DNA of 64,000 nucleotides from Heptranchias perlo. Its lineage: Eukaryota. The notes beneath the pieces were generated by a model. It saw nothing but the letters and a program-made list of their open reading frames with translations, was not told where the DNA came from and did no database searches. Shown one piece after another: positions 23,895 through 36,913 of the stretch (the stretch's first letter is position 1; each line of letters begins with the position of its first letter). A program made the position numbers and the translations under genes. Location of the stretch: contig NC_090326.1 in the NCBI RefSeq assembly GCF_035084215.1, positions 92,690,001-92,754,000 on the forward strand, in the 5' to 3' direction.

Positions 23895-26800
23895 TTGTTT
23901 AAAAAAAGGGAGAAAAGGATAAAACGGTAACTATAGACTAGTTAGTCTAACATAAATTGTGGGCAAACTCTTATAATCCATAATTTAAGATAATATTCAT
24001 GAGCATTTAGAAATGCATGGGTTTATCAGGGACAGCCAGGAAAGATTTGTTAAAGGCAAGCAGTGTTTATTAAATGTTTTTTTTTTGAAGAGTTGACTGA
24101 TGGGGAATAAGAACATGAGAAATACGAGCAGGAGTAGGCCATTCAGCCCCTTGAGCCTGCTCTGCCACTCAGCAAGATCATGGCTGATCTTCTACCTCAA
24201 CGCCATTTTCCCGCACCATCCCCATATCCCTTGATGCCTTTAATAACTAGAAATCTATCGATCTCTGTTTTGAATGTACTCAATGACTGGGCCTCCACAG
24301 CCCTCTGGGGTAGAGAATTCCAAAGATTCACCACCCTCAGTGAAGAAATTTCTCCTCATCTCAGTCCTAAATGACCTACCCTGTATTCTGAGACTGAGAA
24401 GCCCGGTTGTGGATTCCCCAGTCAGGGGAAACATCCTCCTTGCATCTACCCTGTCGAGCCCTGTAAGAATTTTGTATGTTTCAATGAGGTCACCTCTCAT
24501 TCTTCTAAACTCTAGAGATTACTAGTCTATTCAATTTCTCCTCATACCACAACCTCACCATCCCAGGAATCAGTCTGGTGAACCTTCATTGCACTCCCTC
24601 TATAGCAAGTATATCCTCTCTTAGGTAAGACGACCAAAGTTGTACACAACACTCCAGATGCGGTCTCACCAAGGCCCTATATAATTGCAGTGAGACATCT
24701 TTACTCCTGGACTCAAATCCTCTTAATAAAGGTCAACATACCATTTGCCTTGCTAATTGCTTGCTGCACCTGCATGTTAGCTTTCAGTGATTCATGTACA
24801 AGGACACCCAGGTCCTTTTGAACATCAACATTTCCCAATCTCTTACCACTTAAAAAACACTCTGCATTTCTGTTTTTCCTACCAAAGTGGATAACTTCAC
24901 ATTTTTCCACATTATATTCCATCTGCCATGTTCTTGCCCACTCACTTAGCCTGTCTATATCTCCTTGAAGCCTCTTTGCATCCTCCCCACAACTCACATT
25001 CCCACCTAGTTTTGTGTCATCAGCAAACTTGGAAATATTACATTTGGTCCCCTCATCCAAATCACTGATATAGATTGTGAATAACTGGGGCCCAAGCACT
25101 GATCCCTGCAGTATCCCACTAGTCACAGTCCTGAAAAAGACCTGTTTATTCCTACTCTCTTTTCTGTCTGTTAACCAATTCTCAATCCATGCCAGTATAT
25201 TACCCCTAATTCCATGTGTTCTAACTTTGTTCACCAACCTCCTGTGTGGGACCTTATTGACAGCCTTCTGAAAATCCAAATATACCACATCCACTGGTTC
25301 CCCCTTATCTATTCTACTAGTTACATCCTCAAAGAACTCCAATAGGTTTGTCAAACATGATTTCCCTTTCATAAATCCATGTTTATTCTGCCAAATCCTA
25401 TTATTATTTTCTAAGTGTCCTGTTATCACATCCTTTATAATAGATTCTAGCACTTTTCCTACTACTGATGTCAGGCTAACAGGTCTAAGTTCCATGTTTT
25501 CTCTCTCCCTCCTTTCTTAAATAGTGGGGTTACTTTTGCTACCTTCAAATCTGCAGGAACCATTCCAGAATCTATAGAATTTTGGAAGACGACAACCAAT
25601 ACATCCACTATCTCTATAGCCACCTCTTTCAAAACCCTGGGATGTAGATCATCAAGTCCTTGGGATTTATTGACTCAGTCCCATTAATTTCTCTAGTATT
25701 ATTTTTTTTTACTAGTACTAATTTCCTTCAGTTCCTCATTCTCGCCAGACCCGTGGTTCTCTAGTATTTCTGGGACGTTTTTTTGTCTTCTTCCGTGAAG
25801 ATAGACACAAACATATGTTTAATTTCTCTGCCATTTCTTAATCCCCATTATAAATTCTCCCGTCTCTGTCTGTAAGGGACCCACATTTGCCTTCGCCAGT
25901 CTTTTCCTTTTTCGCACCTATAGAAGCTTTTACAGTTCGTTTTTATGTTTCTCACTAGTTTATTCTCATATTCTATTTTCCCGTTCTTTATCAATTTCTT
26001 GGTCCTCCTTTGCTGAATTCTAAAATGCTCCCAATCCTCAGGCTAACTGCTTTTACTGGCAACTTTATATGCCTCTTCCTTTGATTTAATACTATCTTTA
26101 ATTTCTCGTTAGCCATGGTTGGACCACTTTTCCTGTTGGGTTTTAAAGGCATGCATTAGATATAGCGTGCATCAATTTTCATACGGTGTTTGAAAAGATA
26201 TCACACAGAGGCTCATTAGAAAAATTCAGGCACATGAAATAAGAAAATGTAGCAGCATAAACCAGAAAGTTGGTTGATGGACAAGAAACAAAAGAGTTAG
26301 AGTAAATGAACGTTGCTTGGGTTGGAAATGGTATTCCTCGGGAGTCAGTACTAGGTACACATTTGTTATCAGTATATATAGATGACTTGCACTTGGGCAC
26401 TGGGAGCATAATCTTGAAATTTGCTGACAACACAAAAACAGTGAGAAGGACTGTAAAAGATATCAAGCCAACAGACAAATTAGCAGAATGGGCATACAGG
26501 TGGCTGAGGCAATTTAGAATGAATAAGTGTAAGGTATTATATTTTAGGAGAAAAAACAAGGAATGGGAGTATACACTCAATGGAAAGACATTGAACAAGA
26601 AGATCTAGGGATTCAAATACATAGTTCCTTGAAAGTGCAAGTGCAGGTAAATAAATCCATATAAAAGGCCAAAAAAATTATCAATTTTATAAATAGGGGC
26701 ATAGTATACAAGAACAATGATAAATTTGTATGAAACATTGGTTAGGCCACAGTTAGAGTACTGTGCACAGCTTTTGTTGCTCCATTACAGAAAGGACATG

Positions 26801-27265
26801 AAGGCCATAGAGAGTGTACAGAGTAAATTCACCAGAATGATGGGAAACTATAGTTATGCGAAGAGACTGGAGGTACTGGGACTATTTCTGCTAGATTAGA
26901 GAAGGCCAAGGGGAGATTTAACATGGGGTTTTTAAAATTATGATGGATTTTTGATAGAAGGAATAGGGAAAAACTATTTCTCCTGGTTGGGGAGTCAGTG
27001 ACAAGAGGTCATTAATTTAAAATTGTCACCAAGAGTGAGGTTAAGAGAAAGTTCTTTACACAAAGGGAGTATGAAATGCATTGTCACAGAGAGTGGATGT
27101 AGCAGAGACAATGGCATCTTTTAAGGGAAAATTGAATGAATATTTGAAGCAGAGGAAGGTACAAGACTATGGGGAGGGACCAGGCAATGAGAATAGTTTT
27201 AGTGTGCTCTAGCGAAGAGCATGATCGGCCGAATGACCTCGTTCTGTGCTGCAAATTTCTATGGT
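23895..27265 (+). mobile_element. Older CR1 (RT to 3' UTR) split by the younger minus-strand CR1
   Basis: 23895-24105 encodes PLFKKG.KDK.GNYRLVSLT-like sequence; 26150-27265 continues with LKFADNTK, LYETLVRPQLEYC and a CR1 tail. It ends about 90 bp from the donor of the 143-bp exon. Confidence 0.8.
24107..26147 (-). mobile_element. CR1 LINE (RT and 3' UTR)
   Basis: 260-aa ORF RPVSLTSVVGKVLE...HGFMKGKSCLTNLLEFFE...YLDFQKA...SKFADDTKLG; tail at 24107 (ATAAGAACAT). Confidence 0.95.
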
Positions 27266-27357
27266 TCTTTTCACAAAAGGTCTGCAAGATTGGGAACTTA
27301 TCAATACATATGAAATGGAATACTGTGTTGAGTATTTGCCAGTAGCAATAAGCTTAC

Positions 27358-27500
27358 CCAGTTTTTGATTGATTCAATGCACCTGCAAGCAACTTCACTG
27401 TCTCGGTATTAGTTTCCATTCCATTACGCAAATTCAAAAATCTTCTGACAAAGTCTTCAGGGGACATGTAGCGCTCTCCATTCTGCTCAACAGTTGCATA
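27358..27500 (-). CDS. SLC25A13: Aspartate/glutamate carrier coding exon, equivalent to human exon 3 (EF-hand 1 and start of EF-hand 2)
   Basis: catttcag|TAT GCA ACT ... AAA ACT GG|gtaagc = YATVEQNGERYMSPEDFVRRFLNLRNGMETNTETVKLLAGALNQSKT(G). Aligns without gaps to citrin [48 protein letters not shown]. 143 bp. Some residues (ERYM, EDFV, LLAG) are aralar-like, so the paralog call is less certain than the family call. Confidence 0.92.
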
Positions 27501-28282
27501 CTGAAATGTACAAGTATCATTTCATCAGTGTGCATGACAATACATAGTGCAGGGCAAAGGGCCTCAAGTAACTCTCAAAAACATCCTCATTACTAAAATT
27601 TCATGGCACTGTTTTTAAGATATGAAACCTTACACATTTTTCACAATAGTGAATTAATAAGGACCAAATACAAGTATTTCTGAATTAAAATAGTCCACAA
27701 ACAAAATCTATTTAAATTAATAGCATTGCACAAAGCTGCCACTTTCCTCAAAACAATTTCTCCACTGAGAAACTACTGTTAGACAATAAATTCATGGGGA
27801 AGTCCTGAGGAACACCCACACACTTGGGTATGTACTAGGGTTCCCAATTCTGGTTGGACATATTCAGGGAGGTTTCATCACCTCTCACCTCCAACACATC
27901 CATCCTCGCAGTGCACTGCCTCTCCACGCCAACTGGAAAGCAAACTTATTCTTCGTTATCCGATTGGATGATTCTAGACTGTCAAACAGCCTTTCTTCCT
28001 ACCTTCAATAATTTTATAACTAATAAACGAAAGTGTTCAAAGAAAATAATTTTTTAAAAAATCACACAATTTGTTGTAGTGCTCCTTTGATTTTTCTCCT
28101 GGGTTGCACAGAACAGTGTCCAGGAGATTAATCTTTAATTCCTGGAGACTCCAGGACAACTTGGGAGGGCTGGCAATCCTGGTAAGTTTGTACATCCATC
28201 TATGTAAATTAATTTTGATAAGTCCTCAGTACCAATTCTCAGTGAAACAGTAACAATATGAAAATACTTGATTTAAAAATAT

Positions 28283-28749
28283 GGGCCCCAAATTTACATG
28301 ACCATTCCAGCACAGTCATGCTATAAGTTGGGTAGAAATACAGCAACAGGCTCCCAGAATAGGCCAGAACCCAGATACATCAGGATCCAAATTTCCAAGG
28401 GGCCTTGTTTGCAGCACAACTTCTGTCCATTCCAAATATGTTCCGCCAGGTCAGAGACGGTGTGGTGGAGGTTGGAGACTCACAGGTCAGAGGTTTTTTG
28501 GCCCTGAACTGGGATCTACTGGCCAGCTGATGTGCCAGATGAAAAGAGGCATGCCAGTCAGCCGCTGGACATGAAGACCACCTGGGGTCCAAGCCAAGAG
28601 CCATCAATTTGCATCCCTCCTGCCACCAGGAATTTTAAATTGTGAAGCTCCCCCAACTTTGCATACTCTGGCAGAGGAGGTGGCAATCGTTCCTGTTTGG
28701 CAGATCCTGGCACTTACATCAGAATCTCACACTTGTGTATTTTCAGCCC
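28283..28749. mobile_element. Putative MITE (Harbinger-like)
   Basis: Begins GGGCCCCAAATTTAC and ends GTATTTTCAGCCC (weak TIR); a GC-richer island in AT-rich flanks. Confidence 0.35.
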
Positions 28750-29734
28750 TTAGAAACCAAATCAAAGTTAAAATGAACAAAAACTGAAAAAAAAATTAAA
28801 ACCAGCAAAAACTTTTTAAAAATGAAGAATTGATGAACATCTAAAATTAAGTGCAAAAGCTGTGCAGAAAAATACGTTTTCTTTCTCCTTAGTTATGACA
28901 TTTTGTCTTTTGAGTAGGAAGTATGTTCCATTACACTAAGATTTTTGCAAATTTCTATTTTCAATAGCAACCCAAGAGCTCAATGAAAACCTGGTTTTCT
29001 ATCACGGTATCTGAAAATTGAACTGATGCGACACCAATAGATGTAGTATAATTGCAATTTTTATGTACCATGCCTCTCTTTTCAAAGTCTTTTGACTATT
29101 GATTTGTCAGTAATAATATTTAATCAGCAGTTTTTTTTTAAACTTTCTTTCGTACTGCAGTCAGAGAAAATCAAATGATGTTTGGAAGCACAGCTATCCC
29201 AGCATCCACTGTGCAAGTGAAAGGATTTTAATAAAATTATAAGGCCTATAATTTTAGTAGAGCCCTTTCACTTGTGCTATGCATGATGTGAAGGTCCTGT
29301 TTCCAAAATGTGTTCTTTGGCTTTCTCTGGTTTTTATAACCCACTTAAATCAGGCTTACCTGGACAATATAGGACACTTATTCACAATGGTTTTAATTGG
29401 GTCTTAATGCCCTGTCGATACAGGAAAGTATTGAGAGACCTGTCAATACTGAAAGGGTGCATTGTGTATAGCATCATTGAATAAATTAAAAATAAAAGAT
29501 TAAACCAAATGTTCAAAAAGTTGGAAGCAATTTTATTCTATTCCATCTAGTTTTCAAAAATTGTTCATTATCTCAATTTTGAGGATTAGTGCATCATAAA
29601 TATTAATACTGATTATACGTGTAAGAAATTACCATTATTTGTGTGAATGTAGGGCAATGGCACTCAGTAATCGTTTGAACTCTGGGTCTCCTTTAAAAAA
29701 AACTAAGCAGATTGGATTTGTTGTTGATCTCAAC

Positions 29735-31220
29735 TCATCTTCCAAAATTCTATAGATTCTGGAATGGTTCCTGCAGATTGGAGGGTAGCAAATGTAACCC
29801 CGCTATTTAAGAAAGGAGGGAGAAAGAAAACAGGGAATTACAGATCTATTAGCCTGATATCATTAAGCAGGGAAAATGCTAGAATCTATTATAAAGGATG
29901 TGATAACGGCACACTTAGAAAATAATAATAGGATTTGGCAGAGTCAACATGGATTTATGAAAGGGAAATCATGTTTGACAAACCTATTGGAGTTCTTTGA
30001 GAATGTAACTAGTAGACTAGATAAGGGGAACCAGTGGCTGTGGTGTATTTGGATTTTCAGAAGGCTTTCGATATGGTCCCACACAGGAGGTTGGTGAACA
30101 AGGTTAGAGCACATGGAATTGAGGGTAATATACTGGCATGGATTGAAAATTGGTTAACAGACAGAAAACAGAGAGTAGGAATAAACAGGTCTTTTTCAGG
30201 TTGGCAGACTGTGACTAGTGGGGTACCGCAGGGATCGGTGATTGGGCCCCAGCTATTCACAATCTATATCAATGATTTGGATGAGGGGACTAAATGTAAT
30301 ATTTCCAAGTTTGCTGATGACAAAACTAGGTGGGAGTCTGAGTTGTGAGGAGGATGCAAAGAGGCTTCAAGGGGATATAGACATTCTAAGTGAGTGGGCA
30401 AGAACATGGCAGATGGAATATAATGTGGAAAAATGTGAATGTTTTGGAAGGAAAAACAGAAATGCAGAGTATTTTTTAAATGGTGAGAGACTGGGAAATG
30501 TTGATGTTCAAAGGGACCTGGGTGTCCTTGTACATGAATCACTGAAAGCTAAAATGCATGTGCAGCAAGCAATTAGGAAGGCAAATGGTATGTTGGCCTG
30601 TATTAAAAGAGGATTTAAGTCCAGGAGTAAAGGTGTCTCACTGCAACTATATAGGGTCTTGGTGAGACTGCACCTGGAGTATTGTGTACAATTTTGGTCT
30701 CCTTACTTCAGGATATACTTGCCATAGAGGCAGTGCAACAAATGTTCACCAGAATGATTCCTGGGATGGTGGGATTGTCGTAGAGGAGAGATTAAGTAGA
30801 CTGGGCCTGTATTCTCTAGAGTTTAGAAGAATGAGAGGTGATCTCATTGAAACATACAAAATTCTTACAGGGCTAAACAGGGTAGATGCAATGAGTATGT
30901 TTCTCCTGGCTGGAGTGTCTAGAACCAGGGGTCACAGTCTCAGAATAAGGAATGGGCCATTTAGGACTGAGATGAGGAGAAATTTCTTCACTCAGAGGGT
31001 GGTGAATCTTTGGAATTCTCTACCCCAGAGGGCTGTGGAGGCTCAGTCCTTGAGAACATTCAAAACAGAGATAGATAGATTCCTAGTTATTAAAGGCATC
31101 AAGGGATATGGGGATGGTGCGGGAAAATGGCATTGAGGTAGAAGATCAGCCACGATCTTGTTGAATGGCAGAGCAGGCTCGAGGGGTCCGATGGCCTATT
31201 CCTGCTCCTATTTATGTTCA
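29735..31220 (+). mobile_element. CR1 LINE (RT and 3' UTR), same subfamily as 24107-26147
   Basis: [68 protein letters not shown]. Confidence 0.95.
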
Positions 31221-31311
31221 AAATGCATTATTATCCAGTTTATCTGAGGACACAAATGCACACTATATACTACGATATCTAGGAAGATAAACCCACTATT
31301 ATAATTATATC

Positions 31312-32083
31312 GGGCCGGATTTTGCACTGAGTGCCGAATGAATGGCGCCAGCCACTCATTAGTCTTGGACTTGCCCATGGACTTTTCATGGGCTTTTGCA
31401 TGGTAAGTTCCTCTTATCGGGTTCTCAATCCAGCACAGTGCCCTCTCCTGGGCATCCGTAAGCTGTGTGAACGGTGAAAGCTGCTGTGTATCCCCTTAGT
31501 CAATCAATCATATTGAAGCATGTTAATAAGCACGTTAATAAGCAGCGCATTCACAAAACCAGGAAGTGTAAGTTAGAATAGTGAATTCAATGTAAAATCA
31601 GTTATAAGAAGCGAAATAAAGAGAGGTTAAGAAATACTGAATTAAAAGACAAGTAAAAAAAGAGACAGAAAGGAAAAGTAAAAATAATTAAATTTTTTAA
31701 ACAATTAAAAGACTCCACACACTTGTTTAAAAGTAAATTTTCAGTGCCAGAGAAGTTGTTTGGCAGTCATTAAGACCCACCACGCCATTAAAATTTTGGT
31801 TAGACTAAAAAAACTGGACGTACCTTTCTCGGGGGAGATTAGTTCGTTTCCAGCAGGGCAGAAGAGAAACTTCACGTTATTGCAATCATTTCAACGGGGA
31901 GTGAGCCGGCAAGATCTCCTTCCCGCGAAGCTTCTAGGCAAGCAGGGCATTTGGTAGAGGAACCTCCGGATTTCCGCATTTAACTGCGCATGTGCGGTCG
32001 CCAGAAGTTCCTCTACCATTTGCACTGAAATAACGTTGAACGCTGTTAAGTCCGCCGTTATTGTTTAGAGCAAATTCCGGGTC
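31312..32083. mobile_element. ~770-bp MITE, copy 1 (PIF/Harbinger-like TIRs)
   Basis: Ends GGGCCGGATTTTGC and GCAAATTCCGGGTC. Internal blocks (AAGAGACAGAA.GGAAAAGTAAAA, GTTGTTTGGC.GTCATTAAGAC, CCGGATTTCCGC.TTT.ACTGC.CATGTGCG) are shared with 53651-54430. Confidence 0.8.
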
Positions 32084-32892
32084 ATTATAATAGCAACAGA
32101 GACCACAAAGCTTCTCAAAGATTGCACACTTGAAACTAATTGACGCAATGCAAAACGTTCACTTAGAACGTCACTTAATTCTGCAAGATGATCTCACCCT
32201 ACCAGAAGTACTTCGCGGACAGTTATAAAACACCAAATTATATTCCAAACAGCGCAAACCCGATAATTATTAGGTCATCTTCACAAAGGGAAACAAAAAC
32301 AGCATTTCATGATTCATTCCAGTATGAATTTAATACCATACAAAAAATGTAAGAATTGTCTTGCCCACTTGGTGTATTAATCAGTTTGAAGCATACTGAA
32401 TAAATGTTATCTCTAACTTCTATAAATCCAGTATTACAACTGCTAAACACATTATTGAAAAGAAACAATAACTGCCAACTTCCTGCTGCTTCAGCACCTT
32501 TTTCTGGGCACTTCCAAAAAGTGTGTCTTGCAACTTCTGAATCCTACTTTCCACCGTCTTCCAGCCTGATTGCAGTTGCTAGCTCCCCTAATGAGAAGGC
32601 CAACTTTATTGGGTCATTACGCTACTCTAGCTTTGATCTTGATCTTTCCACCACTGCTCCATTCTGTTCTACCATTATGACTGGTATCGAGTTTTATCAT
32701 CACCATATCTATTGGATCTTTAGCTGTTTGGACTCCAAAACGATTTCTGGTTCCCATGATATCCGTACTAAGAAAGAACAAACTTGCATGGAATGTTAAT
32801 TTGTTTCAAATTCTCAATGTTATGGAAAATATGATGACACATCATGGGCCTGAGTAGCAGAGTGCTCCACATCTTGGGACACAAAGAACAAT

Positions 32893-33285
32893 GACTGAAC
32901 TTGCATTTATATGGTGCCTTTTGAACACTTAGGACATCCCAAAGTGCTTCTGAAGCACGGTCACTTGCAGAGTAGACAAACATGGTATCCATTTGCACAC
33001 AGCAAAACCCCATAATCAGCAATGAGACAGATGACCAGGTAATTTGTTTTAGTGATTTTGGTTGAGGAATGAACATTGGTCAAGACACGGAGAACTCCCC
33101 TGCACTTCAACCAGCGTCATTGGTTATTTTACGTCGACTTGAGAGGTCAGATGGGGCCTCCGTTTAACATCTCATCCAAAAGTAGTCACCTGACAATGAA
33201 GTGTCAGCCTTGATTATATGCTCAAGTCTCTGGAGTGATGCTTGAGCCCACAAACTTGACTCAGGGCGCTGACACTCATCAAGAT
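32893..33285 (-). mobile_element. DeuSINE-type SINE
   Basis: Reverse complement of the 9184-9636 element: ACTTGCATTTATATGGTGCCTTT tail, CAGCAATGAGAC, GCTCAAGTCTCTGGAG. Confidence 0.78.
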
Positions 33286-33584
33286 GTGGATTCCCAAACG
33301 TATCCCTGTTCTGTACATTCTCTTCAATGATTCTTATTCCTATACACTTTTCCTTCGCCATGGAAATTTTCTCATGATCTTACGAAAGCTGGTCCATCTT
33401 ATTTTTCCAATACTACTCCAGGGCAGGATACAAGAAAAAAAGCTCATCTTAATAGCAATACCTTTCTTACCTATAGTCTCCAAACCCCCTCAATACTGCC
33501 ACAATCAGTGCTCCACTGAACTTTCCTCTCGTTTCTCGAAAGTTGCAAATATGCATTCTTACATGTTGCTCTTTGTCCTTCCAC

Positions 33585-33723
33585 GTTGGACACTAAGGGA
33601 ATCAACGAATATGGAGAAAGGGCGGGAAAGTGGAGTTAAGGTAGAAGATCAACCATGATCTTACTGAATGGCGGAGCAGGCTCAAGGGGCCATACGGCCT
33701 TCTCCTATTTCTTATGTTCTTAT
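33585..33723 (+). mobile_element. CR1 3' tail fragment
   Basis: GGACACTAAGGGAATCAA...GAATGGCGGAGCAGGCTC...TTCTTATGTTCTTATG. Confidence 0.85.
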
Positions 33724-33980
33724 GTGTGTGTTGAAATCAGTACTCATCTCACAGTCTCCTACTCTAATTCATTCTTTCTCAGGTCCTCACAACTGTGGAA
33801 CTCTACTTCTTAAGCCTGATCTTCCCCCATAAACCCAAGTTGATGTCATCTAATCACTAGTTCCAATTTACTTAGTCTTCTCTATATGCTTTTAAACCTT
33901 AGAGGTAGCATAGCTTTTTGCCTTTTACCTTGGTTTCTTAATAAAAATCATTTGAAACCCATCAAAATGGGGAAATATTG

Positions 33981-34700
33981 AACAACTACATACATTTATA
34001 TATCGCCTTTAATTTAATAAAATATCCTAAGATGCTTCACAGGGGAAAAATAACATACACCAAACATGTTATTTTTCCACTGTGAAGCATCTTAGGATAT
34101 TTTATTACATTAAAGGCGATATATAAATGTATGTAGTATGTAGCCAGAAGAGTTAGGATAGGTGATTGAACACAATTAAATAGGGAGATTATGAAGATGC
34201 TTTTGGTGGGGAAGAGTTTAAGGACAGCAAATGAAGGCCACATCACTGAATACATAGCAGGGGGGAAAGAGGGCAGAGGGCAAAGTCAGAATAATGGAAA
34301 ATAATTGGCTGTAGGAAGTCACTGAAGTAAAGAGAGGCAAGGCCACGGAAGAATTTGTGAACGAGGAATTTGAATTCAGTATGTTAGGAGATAAGAAGCC
34401 AATTGAAGATGGCAAAGACTTGGCTAATAAATGAATAATACATAAATAATGCAGGACAAGATGTTGGAGGTGGTACTTTGGATGAGTTGGAGTTTAGGAA
34501 GCCTGCGAGGACGGCATCAGCAAAGTCTAGCCTGGAAATGAGGAAGATGTGAATAAGGATTTCAGCAGCAGTGGGAGAAGAGGCAAAGCCAGGGACTAGG
34601 TAAAGTTGCTGTGGTGGAAATAGGTAGTCTTGGTGACGAATAGCATACAAGGGTTCAAGCTCAGTTAAGGGCCAAACAGAACATCAAGGTTGCACAGCTT
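33981..34700 (-). mobile_element. L2 3' region containing an inverted duplication of its tail
   Basis: The minus-strand L2 tail starts at about 33981; the body continues 34140-34700 with AAEILIHIFLISRLDFADAVLAG (L2 ORF2 C-terminal motif). Confidence 0.7.
33985..34137. repeat. Near-perfect inverted repeat: 72-bp arms, 9-nt loop
   Basis: 33985-34056 versus the reverse complement of 34066-34137 differ at only 2 of 72 positions. Confidence 0.97.
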
Positions 34701-36234
34701 CAGTTAATCTCCTTTATATCAGAGCAGTTTCTTAACAACATCATATTCCAGTATCAAAAGAACTAGCCTATGAAAATGATGTTGATACATGTAATACAAA
34801 ATGAGAATTTATGTACAACAATTATAACAAGTGCAAGAAATGGAAACTGCTCTTTCCAGTTTAATAATTCTGTAATTTGCATGTAGAAACAAAATCAGCT
34901 CTGTGAAAATATGTTCAAGATGAATGTTATCTCATGTGCTGAAAATAAACCACGTCCACTAATTAATCAGCCACTTCTTTTGTTCAGAAGAGGCTAATTT
35001 ATCAACATTTTTAAGGTATAGTCAACTGAATTGGTTTTTTTTAAAAAGAAACATTTCATTCTTTTTTCATAATCACGTAATGGAAATTGTGATCTATTTC
35101 AGATTTATAGGAAATAAAGATTGTAAGATTAATTCTTAAGCCAGGTCCTTAATCAGATACTTAATCAGAATTTGGATCTGGTCTAGATGGTGCCCTGTGC
35201 TTACATCAGATGACATAGGAAAGTACAGAAGCAATCAGAATGCAGTCTACATATCTCTGGACTACATTAAAGTCATCAGAGTGGCAGGTTTTCATGTCAA
35301 GAGCTTGAGATCACAAAGAGGTTACATTAGCTTGTGCAATATTCAGATCCTATAATAAGAGTAACAAATTTGCAATATGATCTGACCTTCCGGCCCATTA
35401 TAAATTTAACAATCCTTTTTGAAGGATAAAATGATGACATAGCCTCCACAATGACACTGATGGAAATGAATTTTATACATTTATCTTTAAAAAGTCAGTA
35501 ATTTGTGAGAGCCAGAACTTCAGGTAATATCATCAATCCTAATGTTAAACACAAATCTCTTCCCTTTGCATTTATGGGTTTCCTGAATGGGAGGCTTTCG
35601 AGATGCCATATTGCTGTGAATGACTTGTAGACTCTTCAGCCCCCATTATGAAAAGCCCCACTGGCAATATAGAGCTTCACCGGGGTGAGCACAGATCAAG
35701 AAATTGCGCATGAAGACCTGTACATCTGATCTGCAGCATGCTCATATTTTGCAGCGAAGAGAAATGTCAGGTCATGGGAGACTACGCTTGCGACCAGTAC
35801 CAGCCTCACTGTAATCTGCCAATTGTGATAATCAGATCCCACACCGAATTTCATGATCTTCAGGTGAGCTCTGCAACAAGCATATGTCTCAAGATGGGCA
35901 TGTGACTAATCCACTGGCCTGGCCTGCTGAAGCTGGATCCTTAGCTAGCTTTCTATTGGAAAAGTTGATGATAAACTCGTGTTTTTGAAGAAGCATTTTG
36001 CTCCCTGCACTAGTTTCTGTTGCTGCAGACAGCACTGTTTTTGCATAACATTTTAAAAAAATAATACTTTTTCCCAGTATTGCTGCTGCAATTAAAGTTG
36101 CAGCAAACAAAATGCTAAGGATGGAAATTCCTTTGGAGCTGTATGGGAACCTCAGACAAGGAAGACGAGTTAATGAGGAAACACCAAATGTAGGTACAAT
36201 ATCACCCAAGACACTGTATCCACATCCATCAGTA

Positions 36235-36905
36235 TCTCGGGTACCCTCATTCATAGACCATAACACTCCAGCCTAGACCAATCAGAGGAGGCCCATCTTT
36301 GCCACCTCTGCTTCACTAGAGAAGCTGCCACTGAGCTGTGCCATCTGCTGCAGGATGATTAAACAACTTTTACTAAGATTAGCACAGTATTCGCTTTTAT
36401 ATCAGATCCTTCCAAGGCAATACAGGGAACATCTGCTTGATCAGACAGCCTGCAGTCTCAGACACATCAAGCAATTGACAGATGCTATGCTTGCAAGGAG
36501 CAATAGTTTCCTACTTTCCCTGTGGAAGAAAGGCATCAGCTGGACAGGGCACAGAACTTTCACTGGATGGCAGGATTCCAAGGGTCTAGGACAGAGTAAA
36601 TGGCACTCGTGGACATCAGCAGTCCTCACATCAACTCCACCACATACATGGAACGAAAGGGCTTCCATTCAAATCATTCTCATGTGGTGTCTGACCACAG
36701 AAACATCATAATCAGTTATCCAGGAAGCACCTCTCATTAAGTGACAGTTCACAGTATTTGAAGGCTCAAACAAACTGAACAGATAGCAGTCAGGAGACCA
36801 TGGCTATCCTCTCCAGTCGAGAAGATAGATGTCTGAACCAGAACTACTGTACAACGTAACACTGGAATGCTGAAGCAAAGGTTCTGCCGTTTGAACTGCT
36901 CAGGC
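36235..36905 (+). pseudogene. Decayed Harbinger (HARBI1-like) DDE transposase
   Basis: Frameshifted remnants LDQSEEAHLCHLCFTREAATELCHLLQ, SFQGNTGNIC, HIKQLTDAMLAR, AGF.RV, RKGFHS, DHRNII..YPGS, in the expected order for a Harbinger transposase. Confidence 0.7.
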
Positions 36906-36913
36906 AAGGTTAT

